From Angustibacter luteus (lineage in GTDB: Bacteria > Actinomycetota > Actinomycetes > Actinomycetales > Angustibacteraceae): 64,000 nucleotides of DNA. The translations under genes were made by a program, and so were the position numbers. Below the pieces are notes generated by a model. That model had not been told where the DNA came from and searched no databases. It worked only from the letters and a program-made list of their open reading frames with translations. Positions 9,248-19,297 of the stretch are shown piece after piece. Position 1 is the stretch's first letter. Every line of letters begins with the position of its first letter. The stretch is from the NCBI RefSeq assembly GCF_039541115.1, contig NZ_BAABFP010000005.1, positions 930,001-994,000 on the forward strand, given 5' to 3'.

Positions 9248-11740
9248 ATGCGTCCCCTCACCCAGGCCGAGGCACTGGCCCGGTTCGCCCAGCTGGACGT
9301 CGAGTCGTACACGATCGACCTCGACCTGTCCGGCGCCGAGTCCGAGCCGACCTTCGACTCGACGGTCGTCATCCGGTTCGCCGCGTCGTCGTCCGAGCCC
9401 ACCTGGCTGGACGTCCAGCCCGTCGAGCTCCTCGAGGCCGAGCTCAACGGCCAGCCGCTGGATACCTCGGCCTGGGCCGATGGCCGGCTGCCGGTCGTGG
9501 GGCACGTGGGCGACGGCGTGAACGAGCTGCGACTGAAGGCCCGCTTCGCCTACTCCCGCACCGGTGAGGGGCTGCACCGCTACGTCGACCCCGAGGACGG
9601 CCGTACGTACCTGTACAGCCAGGCGTTCCTGGACGACGCCACGCGGATCTTCGGCTGCTTCGACCAGCCGGACCTCAAGGCGACCCTGACCGTGACGGTC
9701 GCCGCGCCGCCGGACTGGACGGTGCTGGGCAACACCACGGGCACCGAGACCGGCCCGGGGCAGTGGCAGTTCGCCACCACCGAGGTGCTCCCGACGTACC
9801 TGTTCGCCGTGGTGGCCGGGCCGTACCACGGGGTGCGGGAGGTGCACGACGGGATCGAGATCGGGGTCTGGTGCCGCCAGTCCTGGGCACCGCACCTGGA
9901 CTCCGCGCGGCTGCTGGGCACCACCCGGTCCGGCTTCGACTACTTCCACGGGCTCTTCGGGGTCCGCTACCCGTTCGGCAAGTACGACCAGGTGTTCGTG
10001 CCGGAGTTCAACGCGGGCGCGATGGAGAACCCCGGCCTGGTCACCTTCCGGGACGAGTACTACCTGCAGCGCGGCACGGTCACGGACGACGACCGCGAGG
10101 AGGTCGCGAACACCCAGCTGCACGAGATGGCGCACATGTGGTTCGGCGACCTCGTGACCATGAAGTGGTGGAACGACCTGTGGCTCAACGAGTCCTTCGC
10201 CGAGTACATGGCCTACCGGTCGGCTGCGGAGGCGACGGAGCACACCGGCTCGTGGACGACGTTCCTGGCCAAGCGCAAGACCTGGGGCTACCTGGCGGAC
10301 CAGTTCTCCACCACGCACCCGATCGCCGGTGAGTCCGACGACACCGCCGCGGCGCTGCTGAACTTCGACGGCATCTCGTACGCGAAGGGCGCCAGCGCGC
10401 TGCGCCAGCTCGTCGAGTGGGTCGGCGACGAGGCGTTCCTCGTCGCGCTGCGCCAGCACTTCGCCGACCACGCCTACGGCAACGCCTCGCTCGCGGACCT
10501 GGTCGCCGCGCTGACCGCCTCGAGCGGGCGCGACGTCGACGCGTGGTCGCGGGCCTGGCTGCGCACCAGTGGGGTGAGCACCCTCGGGATGGAGCTGTCG
10601 GTCGGTCCCGACGGGCACTACACGTCCGCAGCGATGCGGCAGAGCTCCCCGAACGGGCCGCGCCCGCACCGGGTACGGGTCGGCCTGTACGACCTGGACG
10701 GCGAGCGGCTCGTCCGGCGCACCAGCCTGGACGTCGACCTGCCAGCCGTGGACCGGCACGACATCGCGGCCCTCGTCGGCGAGCCCGCCGCGGCTCTGGT
10801 GCTGCCGAACGACGGGGACCTCACGTTCGCCGTGCTGGACCTAGATAACGCGTCGCTGGCAACGGTACGCACCCACCTGCGCGGACTCGGCGACCCGCTG
10901 GCCCGCGCACTGGTCTGGTTCGCCCTGGTGGAGATGGTGGCGGCCGGCCGGCTGGCGCCGTCCGGTCTGGTCGAGCTCGTCACCACCTCGATCACGGCGG
11001 ACGACCCGGAAGCCGTCACGGACCGGCTGCTGCGCGCGACCGTGGTCGCCGCCGACCGCTGGGCGGACGCCGGCACCCGCTCGGCGCTGCTGGCCGACCT
11101 GGCCCGTTGGCTGGACGCGGAGACGCGGTCGGCCGAGCCGGGCAGTGACCGCCAGCTCGCCCTGGCTCGCACCCTCGTCCGGATCCAGCAGGACACCGCC
11201 GCCCTGCAGGCCTGGCAGCGCGGCACCGACCTGCCGGACGGGCTGACGGTGGACGCGGACCTGCGCTGGCGGGTCGTGCACCGCCTCGCCACGTTGGGCG
11301 CCGTCGATGAGGACGGCATCGCCGCCGAGCGCGAGCGGGACCGGTCCACCGCCGGCGCAAACTTCGCGCTCACCGCCCGCGCTGCCATGCCGACGGCCGC
11401 GGCCAAGGAGTGGGCGTGGTCGAGCGCGGTGGGCGGCAGCCTCAGCAACCACGAGCTCGTCGCCGTGGCCACGGGCTTCTGGAGCGCCGACCAGGCCGAG
11501 CTGCTGGCGCCCTACGTCGGGCGGTTCGCCGCCGAGTACCCGCCGTTCGCGAAGAAGCAGTCGACGGAGATGGTGCAGCTCTTCGGACGGCTGATGTTCC
11601 CGGCCACCGTCGTGGCCGACTCGACGGTGCAGGTCGCCCAGGCCCTGCTCGACGAGGCCGACCTGCCGAGCTCGGCCCGACGCATGGTCGCCGAGGGCCG
11701 GGACGAGGTGCAGCGCGGCCTGCGCGCCCGCAACGCCTGA
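9248..11740 (+). CDS. pepN: Aminopeptidase N (M1 family)
   Basis: GAMEN and HEMAHMWFGDLVTMKWWNDLWLNES (HExxH...E); start re-picked at ATG 9248. Confidence 0.92.
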   Translation: MRPLTQAEALARFAQLDVESYTIDLDLSGAESEPTFDSTVVIRFAASSSEPTWLDVQPVELLEAELNGQPLDTSAWADGRLPVVGHVGDGVNELRLKARFAYSRTGEGLHRYVDPEDGRTYLYSQAFLDDATRIFGCFDQPDLKATLTVTVAAPPDWTVLGNTTGTETGPGQWQFATTEVLPTYLFAVVAGPYHGVREVHDGIEIGVWCRQSWAPHLDSARLLGTTRSGFDYFHGLFGVRYPFGKYDQVFVPEFNAGAMENPGLVTFRDEYYLQRGTVTDDDREEVANTQLHEMAHMWFGDLVTMKWWNDLWLNESFAEYMAYRSAAEATEHTGSWTTFLAKRKTWGYLADQFSTTHPIAGESDDTAAALLNFDGISYAKGASALRQLVEWVGDEAFLVALRQHFADHAYGNASLADLVAALTASSGRDVDAWSRAWLRTSGVSTLGMELSVGPDGHYTSAAMRQSSPNGPRPHRVRVGLYDLDGERLVRRTSLDVDLPAVDRHDIAALVGEPAAALVLPNDGDLTFAVLDLDNASLATVRTHLRGLGDPLARALVWFALVEMVAAGRLAPSGLVELVTTSITADDPEAVTDRLLRATVVAADRWADAGTRSALLADLARWLDAETRSAEPGSDRQLALARTLVRIQQDTAALQAWQRGTDLPDGLTVDADLRWRVVHRLATLGAVDEDGIAAERERDRSTAGANFALTARAAMPTAAAKEWAWSSAVGGSLSNHELVAVATGFWSADQAELLAPYVGRFAAEYPPFAKKQSTEMVQLFGRLMFPATVVADSTVQVAQALLDEADLPSSARRMVAEGRDEVQRGLRARNA

Positions 11741-11743
11741 GCC

Positions 11744-11959
11744 CTACTGGGCCGGGCGCAGGCTCATCGGTCCGTAGATCTCCTGCTCCCCCTGCTGCAG
11801 GTGCACGGCGTCCACCCCGGCGTCGAGCAGCGTGCGCCACTCCTCGCCGAGCCAGCTCTCGGCGTCCGACTGGGTGGGGAAGCCGGTGGACGGCGAGCCG
11901 TCGGGGACGAACGTCGCGCCGTCGGCGTCGACGTACCGCCAGGTCCAGGTCTCACTCAT
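11744..11959 (-). CDS. Small actinobacterial hypothetical protein
   Basis: MSETWTWRY...FPTQSDAESWLGEEW...YGPMSL; TAGGGT 7 nt upstream of ATG 11959. Confidence 0.7.
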   Translation of the reverse strand: MSETWTWRYVDADGATFVPDGSPSTGFPTQSDAESWLGEEWRTLLDAGVDAVHLQQGEQEIYGPMSLRPAQ

Positions 11960-11981
11960 GCGCACGACCCTACGGCCTGCC

Positions 11982-12515
11982 TCACGCCTGGGCCTCCTCG
12001 GCCATCGACAGCACCTTCGTCACCGTGCGCCAGTTGCGGGCCGTACCGACCTTGCCGAACCGGCGGTCCGCGCCGGACTTCAGGAAGCCCTGGCCGAGCC
12101 CGTTCGGCGTCAGCAGGTACGCGTGGTCACCGACCACCTCGAGCTGCGCGTCGTTGATCAGCGCGGCCTGCAGGTCCTTGACCTCGGCGCGCTCGGCTCC
12201 GGACACCAGGAAGGACACGTGCGCCTGGTCGGCGTCCTCGAACGGCAGGCCGTCCACGACGTCCCGCAGCTGCTTCGGGGTGCGGACCACGACGACGACC
12301 GGGAAGCCGAAGTGCTCCTCGATCCGCTGCTCGAGCAGCGCGCGGACCTTCGCGGCCGAGCGCAGCGGCGAGGAGAAGAGCAGGTTGCCGCTGGCGATGT
12401 AGGTGCGGACGTCGGTCAGCCCGGCGTCCTCGCACAGCGAGCGCAGCTCGGCCATCGGGACCTTGCGGTGACCGCCGACGTTGATGCCGCGCAGGAACCC
12501 CACCCAGACCGCCAC
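11982..12515 (-). CDS. DUF1697 family protein
   Basis: LRGINVGGHRKVPMAEL, TYIASGNL, TARNWRTV. Confidence 0.88.
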   Translation of the reverse strand: MAVWVGFLRGINVGGHRKVPMAELRSLCEDAGLTDVRTYIASGNLLFSSPLRSAAKVRALLEQRIEEHFGFPVVVVVRTPKQLRDVVDGLPFEDADQAHVSFLVSGAERAEVKDLQAALINDAQLEVVGDHAYLLTPNGLGQGFLKSGADRRFGKVGTARNWRTVTKVLSMAEEAQA

Positions 12516-12524
12516 GAGACCGCC

Positions 12525-13769
12525 CTACCCGATCCCCGGGATGCCCTCGGACACCCCGGCGACTGCACCGATGACGACGACCGCGGGTGCGGTCACCTGC
12601 TCGCGGACCATCATGTCGGCGGCCCCCGACAGCGGCGACCGGCTGACCCGCTGGGTGGGCAGCCCGCCGTCCTGCACGGCCACGACGGGGGTGGCCGGGT
12701 CGACGCCGTCAGCCAGTAGCGCCGCCGCGATGTCGGGCATGGTGTGCACGGCCATCAGGCAGACGATCGTCAAACCGCTGCGTCCCAGCGCCGTCCAGTC
12801 GACCGAGCTGTCCGGGTGGCCCGGCGGCAGGTGGCCGGAGACGACGCAGAAGCCCTGCGAGACACCGCGATGGGTGACCGGCACACCGGCCAGCTCGGGC
12901 ACGGCCACGGCGCTGGTGACGCCGGGGACCACCTCGACCGCGATACCCGCCGCGGCGCAGGCGAGCGCCTCCTCCATGCCGCGGCCGAACACGAACGGGT
13001 CGCCGCCCTTGAGCCGCACCACGGTGCGCCCCGCGGCGGCGTGCTGCACCAGCAGGTCGTTGATCGCCTCCTGCGGGGTGAAGCGCCCGCGGGGCACCTT
13101 GGACACGTCGATCACCTCGACGTCCTCGCGCAGCCCGTCCAGCACGGCCAGCGGCGCCAGCCGGTCGACCAGCACCACGTCCGCCTCCGCCAGCCACTCG
13201 TAGCCCCGCCGGGTCAGCAGCCCGGGGTCGCCGGGGCCGCCGCCGACCAGCACCACCCGACCCCCGGTCCGGGGCGTGCGGCTCGGTTCGGCCCGGCGGC
13301 CGTGCAGCTCGGCCTCGACGGCGGCCAGCGCGGCGTCGCGCAGCGCCACCGAACGGCGCGGGTCGCGCCCGGACAGCACCGCCACCGTCGCCGGGCCGGT
13401 CCGGGCGGTGGCCGGCGTCCACGCGGTCGCGCCGAGGGCGTCGTCCGCGCGCGAGCACCAGATCCGCCGGGCGGTCGCGTCCGCGACGACCTGCGCGTTC
13501 ACCGCGGGGTCGTCGGTGCAGGCGAAGACCAGCCACGCCTCGTCGACGTCCTGCTCGGCGTACGGGCGCTGGGCCCAGTGCAGCCGGCCGCGGTCGGCCA
13601 GGTCCCCCAGCGCAGCCTCGACGGCCGGGGAGACGAGGTGGACGTCGGCACCGGACTCGAGCAGTCCGGCGACCCGGCGCAGGGCGACGTGTCCGCCGCC
13701 GACCACGAGCACCCGACGTCCCTCCAGGCGCAGCCCGAGCGGGAAGGCCGGCAGCTCGGCGTCCGTCAT
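12525..13769 (-). CDS. cobA: Uroporphyrinogen-III C-methyltransferase with N-terminal CysG-like NAD-binding domain
   Basis: VLVVGGGHVA in the N-domain; VGGGPGDPGLLT, RLKGGDPFVFGRGMEE, VPGVTSA, VTHRG; ATGA overlap with bluB-cobT. Confidence 0.9.
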   Translation of the reverse strand: MTDAELPAFPLGLRLEGRRVLVVGGGHVALRRVAGLLESGADVHLVSPAVEAALGDLADRGRLHWAQRPYAEQDVDEAWLVFACTDDPAVNAQVVADATARRIWCSRADDALGATAWTPATARTGPATVAVLSGRDPRRSVALRDAALAAVEAELHGRRAEPSRTPRTGGRVVLVGGGPGDPGLLTRRGYEWLAEADVVLVDRLAPLAVLDGLREDVEVIDVSKVPRGRFTPQEAINDLLVQHAAAGRTVVRLKGGDPFVFGRGMEEALACAAAGIAVEVVPGVTSAVAVPELAGVPVTHRGVSQGFCVVSGHLPPGHPDSSVDWTALGRSGLTIVCLMAVHTMPDIAAALLADGVDPATPVVAVQDGGLPTQRVSRSPLSGAADMMVREQVTAPAVVVIGAVAGVSEGIPGIG

Positions 13770-15529
13770 GGCGACACCTCGCCGGCGCGGCCCGCCGCGC
13801 CCTTGTCGGCGACCCCCGCCGAGTCGAACGTGGCCACCTCGGCGAGGGTACGGGCCGCGGCCTGCACCAGCGGCACGGCGAGCACCGCGCCCGAACCCTC
13901 GCCCAGCCGCAGGTCGAGGTCGACCAGCGGGCGCAGCCCGAGGGCGTCCAGTGCGGCGGCGGCGCCCGGCTCGGTCGAGCGGTGTCCGGCGACCCAGCAG
14001 TCCACGGCGTCCGGAGCGATGGCTCGGGCCACCAGGGCCGCGGCACCTGCGATCACGCCGTCCAGGACGACCGGCACGCGGGCGGCCGCTGCGGCGAGCA
14101 GCAGCCCGGCGATGGCCGCGTGCTCCAGGCCTCCGACGGCAGCGAGCACCGCGATCGGGTCCTGCGGGTCGCGCCGGTGCAGGTCCAGGGCACGGCGCAC
14201 GACGGTGACCTTGTGGGCCAGCATCGCGTCGTCCACGCCGGTCCCCCGGCCGGTGACCTCCGCCGGGTCCAGGCCGCAGAAGGTCGCGACCAGGGCGGCG
14301 GACGCCGTGGTGTTGGCGATCCCCATGTCGCCGGCGACGAGCAGCCGGTTGCCGGCGGTAACCAGGTCGCGGCCGACCTCGATGCCGACCTCGAGCGCGG
14401 CGACCGCCTCGTCGCGGGTCATGGCCGGACCGACCGACAGGTCCGCCGTGCCGGCGCGCACCCGGCGCCGGAGCAGCCCCGGCGCGTCGTCCAGCGGTGG
14501 GCCGGCGACCCCGACGTCCACGACGCAGAGCTCGGCCCCGATCTGGCGGGAGAACGCGTTCACCACGGCGCCGCCGCCGAGGATGTTCGCGACCATCTGG
14601 CCGGTGACCTCCTGCGGCCACGGCGTCACGCCCTGCGCGTGCACGCCGTGGTCGGCGGCGAACACAGCGACCGCGACCGGCTCGGGCAGCGGCGGCGGGC
14701 AGGCGCCGGCGATCCCGGACAGCCGGGCACCGACCTCCTCCAGCACACCCAGGGCGCCCCGGGGCTTGGTCAGCGCGTGCTGGCGCTCCCAGGCCGCGGC
14801 GACCGCCTTCGGGTCGGCCGGACGCACCGCGTCGACGGTCTGCTGGATCACGGACACTGCCTCTCCTCGTTGCCGGCGACGGCCCCACGCCTCATGGTGC
14901 ACGGCCCAGCCGAGCGGCCGCTGTCGTGCCCAGCCCTCGAGCGCCAGCTCCGGGGCCGGCCCGAACTCCTGGACGTGGCCGACGCACAGGTAGGCGACCA
15001 CCTCGACGTGCTCCGGCAGCCCGAGCTCGGCCGCGAGCTCGCCCGGGTCGACGAAGCTGACCCAGCCGACACCCAGCCCCTCGGCCCGGGCGGCCAACCA
15101 CAGATTCTGCACCGCCAGGGCGGTGCTGAACGAGGCGGTCCGCGGGTCGGCGTGCCGGCCGAGCACGTGCCGACCGCCGCGGGTCGGGTCGCAGGTGACC
15201 ACGACGTTGAGCGGGGTGTCCAGGATGGCCTCGACCTTGAGGGCGGCGAACGCCCGCGCCCGGGCCGGCGGCAGGGACTCGGCGAACGCCGCGCGCTGGG
15301 CGTGCACCAGCCCGGCGACCCGCTCGCGCACACCGCGGTCACGGATCACCAGGAAGTCCCACGGCTGGGTGAGACCGACGCTCGGTGCGCGGTGCGCAGC
15401 AGTGAGCACCCGCTCGAGGACGTCGTCGTCGACGCCGTCGGGCAGGAACCCGCGCCGCACGTCGCGGCGCTCGGCGATCACCCGGTGCACGGCCTCGCGG
15501 TCGGCGTCGTCGTACGGGGGGTGGCTCAT
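13766..15529 (-). CDS. bluB-cobT: Fusion of 5,6-dimethylbenzimidazole synthase (BluB) and nicotinate-nucleotide-DMB phosphoribosyltransferase (CobT)
   Basis: N-terminal nitroreductase-like RRDVR, APSVGLTQPW, QNLWLAARAEGLGVGWVS; C-terminal LTKPRGALG, FAADHG, GDMGIANTT, LRLGEGSG; no stop between them. Confidence 0.9.
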   Translation of the reverse strand: MSHPPYDDADREAVHRVIAERRDVRRGFLPDGVDDDVLERVLTAAHRAPSVGLTQPWDFLVIRDRGVRERVAGLVHAQRAAFAESLPPARARAFAALKVEAILDTPLNVVVTCDPTRGGRHVLGRHADPRTASFSTALAVQNLWLAARAEGLGVGWVSFVDPGELAAELGLPEHVEVVAYLCVGHVQEFGPAPELALEGWARQRPLGWAVHHEAWGRRRQRGEAVSVIQQTVDAVRPADPKAVAAAWERQHALTKPRGALGVLEEVGARLSGIAGACPPPLPEPVAVAVFAADHGVHAQGVTPWPQEVTGQMVANILGGGAVVNAFSRQIGAELCVVDVGVAGPPLDDAPGLLRRRVRAGTADLSVGPAMTRDEAVAALEVGIEVGRDLVTAGNRLLVAGDMGIANTTASAALVATFCGLDPAEVTGRGTGVDDAMLAHKVTVVRRALDLHRRDPQDPIAVLAAVGGLEHAAIAGLLLAAAAARVPVVLDGVIAGAAALVARAIAPDAVDCWVAGHRSTEPGAAAALDALGLRPLVDLDLRLGEGSGAVLAVPLVQAAARTLAEVATFDSAGVADKGAAGRAGEVSP

Positions 15530-16617
15530 CGGGACTCCGGGGGCATCGGGCGGGCGTCGGCAAGGGCGGCCTCGAGGGCGGTGCCGAGGGCCTTGGTGAA
15601 GGCGTCGGTGACCTCCTCGCTGCGGACGGCGAGGCGCAGCCAGTCGGGCCCGAGGCCGGGGAACGTGTCGCAGCGTCGGACGGCGAACCCGTTGTCCCGC
15701 AGAGCCTGGCGCACGGCCAGGCCGTCGGGCACCGGAACGAGCACGAACGGCGCCGCCGCCGGCTGCACCGGGTCGAGCCCCAGCCGACCGAGCGCGGCCA
15801 GCAGGTGCGCCCGGCGGTCGACGAGCTCCTCGGCGGCCCGCTCCGCCTCCGCGACGGCCCGGGGTGCGCTGCACGCGACCGCCGCCACCGCCGCGAGGGA
15901 GGACACCGACCAGGGCGGCTGCGCGGACGCGCAGCGACGGACCAGCGCGGCGTCACCGAGCAGGTAGCCGGCCCGAAGCCCTGCCAGCCCCCACGTCTTG
16001 GTCAGGCTGCGCACCACGACCAGCCCCGGCGTCCCGGACTCGGCCGCCAGGGACTCCTGCTCCCCCGGCACGGCGTCCATGAACGCCTCGTCCACGACGA
16101 CGGTCCGGTCGGGGCGCAGCAGAGCGCGGACGACGTCCGCCGGGTGCAGCACGGACGTCGGGTTCGTCGGGTTGCCGAGCACCACGAGGTCGGCGGTGTC
16201 GGGCACCCGGGCGGGGTCGAGCGTGAAGCCGTCCGCGGCGCGCAGCAGCAGCCGGTCGACGTGGTGGCCGGCCGCGGCGAGCGCGGCCTCCGGCTCGGTG
16301 AACTGCGGGTGCACGACGACGGCGTGCCGGACGTCGACACCGGGCCGCAGCGCCCGGGCGAGCAAGGTGAACGCCTCGGCTCCCCCGGCGGTCACCAGCA
16401 CCTCGTCGGTCGCGCGGCCGTGCCGCGCAGCGATCGCCTGGAGGGCGGCGGTGGGGTCCGGGTAGGCGGCGAGGTCGTCCACGGCGGCGACCAACCGCGC
16501 GCGCAGCCACTCCGGAGCCGGCCCGCGCACGTTCACCGCGAGGTCGACCAGTCCCGGGCCGACCTCCTGGTCGCCGTGGTGGTGCAGGTCCGGTGGTGCC
16601 GGCTGGCCGTCAGCCAC
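15526..16617 (-). CDS. cobC: PLP-dependent threonine-phosphate decarboxylase-like protein (Rv2231c/CobC type)
   Basis: DLAVNVR, GNPTNPT, VVDEAFMD, RSLTKTWGLAGLRAGY, RRCDTFPGL; lies within cob operon. Confidence 0.82.
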   Translation of the reverse strand: MADGQPAPPDLHHHGDQEVGPGLVDLAVNVRGPAPEWLRARLVAAVDDLAAYPDPTAALQAIAARHGRATDEVLVTAGGAEAFTLLARALRPGVDVRHAVVVHPQFTEPEAALAAAGHHVDRLLLRAADGFTLDPARVPDTADLVVLGNPTNPTSVLHPADVVRALLRPDRTVVVDEAFMDAVPGEQESLAAESGTPGLVVVRSLTKTWGLAGLRAGYLLGDAALVRRCASAQPPWSVSSLAAVAAVACSAPRAVAEAERAAEELVDRRAHLLAALGRLGLDPVQPAAAPFVLVPVPDGLAVRQALRDNGFAVRRCDTFPGLGPDWLRLAVRSEEVTDAFTKALGTALEAALADARPMPPESR

Positions 16618-17998
16618 GGACCGGCTCCAGGTGCTGCACGGCGGCGGCGACCAGCCGCTGGGCCGCCGACGGGCTCCCAGCCCAGTGCACGTGCAGGTAG
16701 GACGCGTGCAGGGTCGGCGTGCTGAAGCCGTCGACGCGTCCGCCGTAGCCGGTGTCGGCGAACGACCAAGCGGCGTCCGGGCCGTGCGGCGGTTCCACGC
16801 GGGTGCGGTGGAACTCGTGTCCGCTGACCTGCTCGCCCGCGGGCGCGGCGGGCGAACCGCGCTCGGCCTCGGCCCGGCGGTAGCCGAGGGTGAGCCGCCC
16901 GGTCATGGCGGCAGTGGCGTCGATCGCCCCGATCATCGGCAGCCCGTCGAGCTCGCGGCACAGGTACAGCAGCCCCGCGCACTCGGCGACCACCGGCAGA
17001 CCGCCCGCGATCCGGCTGGCCAGGTGCGCTCGGAGCGCGGTGTTCGCCGAGAGCTGGGCCGCGTAGACCTCGGGGAAGCCACCGCCGAGGTAGAGCCCCG
17101 AGGTGCCTTCGGGGAGCTCGCCGTCGTGCAGCGGGTCGACGTCCACCACCTGAGCACCGGCGGCGGTCAGCAGCTCGTCGGTCTCGGTGTACCGGAAGCT
17201 GAAGGCGCTACCGCCCGCGCACGCGATGACCGGAGCCGGGCCCTCGTGTCGGATGACCTCGGCCTGCGGGTCCCAGGGCTCGTCCGGCAGCGGTGCGGCG
17301 GAGTGGGCGACCCGCAGCACGGCGTCCAGGTCCACGCCCTGGGCGACCCGCTCGCCGAGCAGTCGGACCGCGGAGCGGGCCTCGTCGGCCCGCTCGACCG
17401 CGGGCACCAGGCCCAGGTGGCGGCTCGGGGTGGCCAGCGCCTCGTCGCGACCGAGGGAGCCGAGCACCGGGATGCCGATCGGCGCGAGCGCGGCGCGGAT
17501 CTCGTCCTCGTGCCGCTGGCTGGCCACCCGGTTCAGGACGACACCGGCGATGCGGACCTGCGGGTCGTAGCTGGCGAACCCGAGCACGGTGGCCGCCACG
17601 CTCCGGCTGGCTCCGGAGACGTCCACGACCAGCACGACCGGCGCGTCGATGAGCCGGGCGACGTGCGCGGTCGAGCTCACCCCACCGGTGCCGATGGCGC
17701 CGTCGAACAGGCCCATCACCCCCTCGACCACCGCGACGTCCGCCGGCCTCGGCTGCAGCGCGCCGTGCAGGAACAGCGGGGCGACGCGGTGCTCGCCCTG
17801 GAGCACCGGGTCCAGGTTGCGGGGCGGGCGTCCGGTCGCCAGGGCGTGGTAGCCGGGATCGATGTAGTCCGGCCCGATCTTGTGCCCGGACACCTCCAGG
17901 CCGCGTGCTCGCAGCGCCGCCATGAGTCCGGTCGCGACGGTGGTCTTCCCGTGGCCGGATCCTGGCGCCGCGACCACGAGCCGGGGGACCTGCAGCAC
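16610..17998 (-). CDS. cobB: Cobyrinate/hydrogenobyrinate a,c-diamide synthase
   Basis: SGHGKTT, KIGPDYIDP, EGVMGLFDG, SRHLGL, GGGFPE, AECAGLLYL, GHEFH; start re-picked at GTG 17998. Confidence 0.92.
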   Translation of the reverse strand: MLQVPRLVVAAPGSGHGKTTVATGLMAALRARGLEVSGHKIGPDYIDPGYHALATGRPPRNLDPVLQGEHRVAPLFLHGALQPRPADVAVVEGVMGLFDGAIGTGGVSSTAHVARLIDAPVVLVVDVSGASRSVAATVLGFASYDPQVRIAGVVLNRVASQRHEDEIRAALAPIGIPVLGSLGRDEALATPSRHLGLVPAVERADEARSAVRLLGERVAQGVDLDAVLRVAHSAAPLPDEPWDPQAEVIRHEGPAPVIACAGGSAFSFRYTETDELLTAAGAQVVDVDPLHDGELPEGTSGLYLGGGFPEVYAAQLSANTALRAHLASRIAGGLPVVAECAGLLYLCRELDGLPMIGAIDATAAMTGRLTLGYRRAEAERGSPAAPAGEQVSGHEFHRTRVEPPHGPDAAWSFADTGYGGRVDGFSTPTLHASYLHVHWAGSPSAAQRLVAAAVQHLEPVRG

Positions 17999-18082
17999 CG
18001 GCCGATCCTTGCACACCAGGGGCCGCCCGGTTCCGGTCGCCCGGCTGCGGTCGCCCTGTGCCGGGTCGGTAGCGTCGCGGCC

Positions 18083-19297
18083 ATGGGTGAGCTGGTGGTG
18101 CCGATCGACGTGGTGGGTCTCGGCGCGGACGGTGCACCTGGCGTATCGGAGGCTGCGCGGTCCGCCCTGCTGGCGGCGGACGTGGTCATCGGCAGCGAGC
18201 GACAGCTGGCCCTGCTGCCCGACGACGTCGGCGCCGAGCGGGTGGCCCTCCCCCGCCCGCTGCTGCCTGGCCTCGGCGACCTGCTCGACGGTGCGGACGG
18301 ACGGCGGATCGTCGTGCTGGCCAGCGGCGACCCGTCCTGGCACGGCATCGGTTCCACCCTGGTGCGGCTGGTCGGCCCGGGAGCCGTGCGCACCCACCCG
18401 GCACCGTCCACCTTGTCGCTGGCCTGCGCGCGACTCGGGTGGCCGGCCGAGCACGTCACGACCGTGAGCCTGCTGACCGGACCCGCCGCGTCGATCATCG
18501 CCGCCCTGCAGCCGGGACGGCACCTGCTCGTCCTGCTCGCGGCTGCAGCCGACCTCCCTGGTGTCGCCGACCTGCTGTGCCGCAACGGTTTCGGCGCGAG
18601 CGCGCTGACCCTGCTGGCCGACCTCGGGGCGCATGACGAGACGGTGCGGACCGGCACCGCGAGGATGCCCCCGATGCCCACCGGGAGGTTGACCGCTGTC
18701 GCGATCGACTGCGCGGCCGAGCCCGGAGCCACCTGGTGGCCGAGCGGGCCGGGGTTGCCGGACGAGGCGTTCGAGCACGACGGGCAGCTGACCAAGCGCG
18801 ACCTGCGGGCGAGTGCCCTGGCCCGGCTCGCGCCGGCGCCCGGCCAGCTCCTGTGGGACGTCGGTGCCGGGGCCGGCAGCGTGGGGATCGAGTGGATGCG
18901 GCACGGGCCGACCTGCCGGACCATTGCCGTCGAGCGGCACGCGGAGCGCGCCGAACGCCTGGGCCGCAACGCCTCTCGGCTCGGGGTGCCTGGGCTGCAG
19001 GTCGTGGTCGGCCCCGCACCCGACGTGCTCACCGGGCTCGACCGACCGGACGCCGTGTTCGTCGGTGGCGGTGCGACGTCCGCCGGTCTGCTGGATGCCT
19101 GCTGGGCGGCACTCGCGCCCGGCGGCCGCCTCGTGGTGCACGCGGTGACGGCGGAGTCCGAGGCGGCGCTGGTCGGTCAGCGCTCGACCCGCGGCGGCGA
19201 GCTGGTGCGGATCGGTGTCGAGCACCTGGAACCGTTGGGTGGCTTCAGTGGGTGGCGGCCGGCCCGCGCGGTGACGCAGTGGGCGGTGACCCGATGA
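18083..19297 (+). CDS. cobL: Precorrin-6Y C5,15-methyltransferase (CbiE-CbiT bifunctional)
   Basis: VVGLGADG, LASGDP, FEHDGQLTKR, LWDVGAGAGSVGIEW, PDAVFVGGG; ATG 18083. Confidence 0.9.
   Translation: MGELVVPIDVVGLGADGAPGVSEAARSALLAADVVIGSERQLALLPDDVGAERVALPRPLLPGLGDLLDGADGRRIVVLASGDPSWHGIGSTLVRLVGPGAVRTHPAPSTLSLACARLGWPAEHVTTVSLLTGPAASIIAALQPGRHLLVLLAAAADLPGVADLLCRNGFGASALTLLADLGAHDETVRTGTARMPPMPTGRLTAVAIDCAAEPGATWWPSGPGLPDEAFEHDGQLTKRDLRASALARLAPAPGQLLWDVGAGAGSVGIEWMRHGPTCRTIAVERHAERAERLGRNASRLGVPGLQVVVGPAPDVLTGLDRPDAVFVGGGATSAGLLDACWAALAPGGRLVVHAVTAESEAALVGQRSTRGGELVRIGVEHLEPLGGFSGWRPARAVTQWAVTR

Noticed and set aside
8720..10759. Long antisense ORFs (also 12744..14993, 31536..33959, 39688..41835, 47357..48961)
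   Set aside because: They mirror well-supported genes on the other strand; stop codons are scarce at this GC content.
16610..19297. Apparent 871-aa and 888-aa overlapping ORFs suggesting giant fusions
   Set aside because: Over-extended starts; the real genes are divergent cobB (start 17998) and cobL (start 18083).
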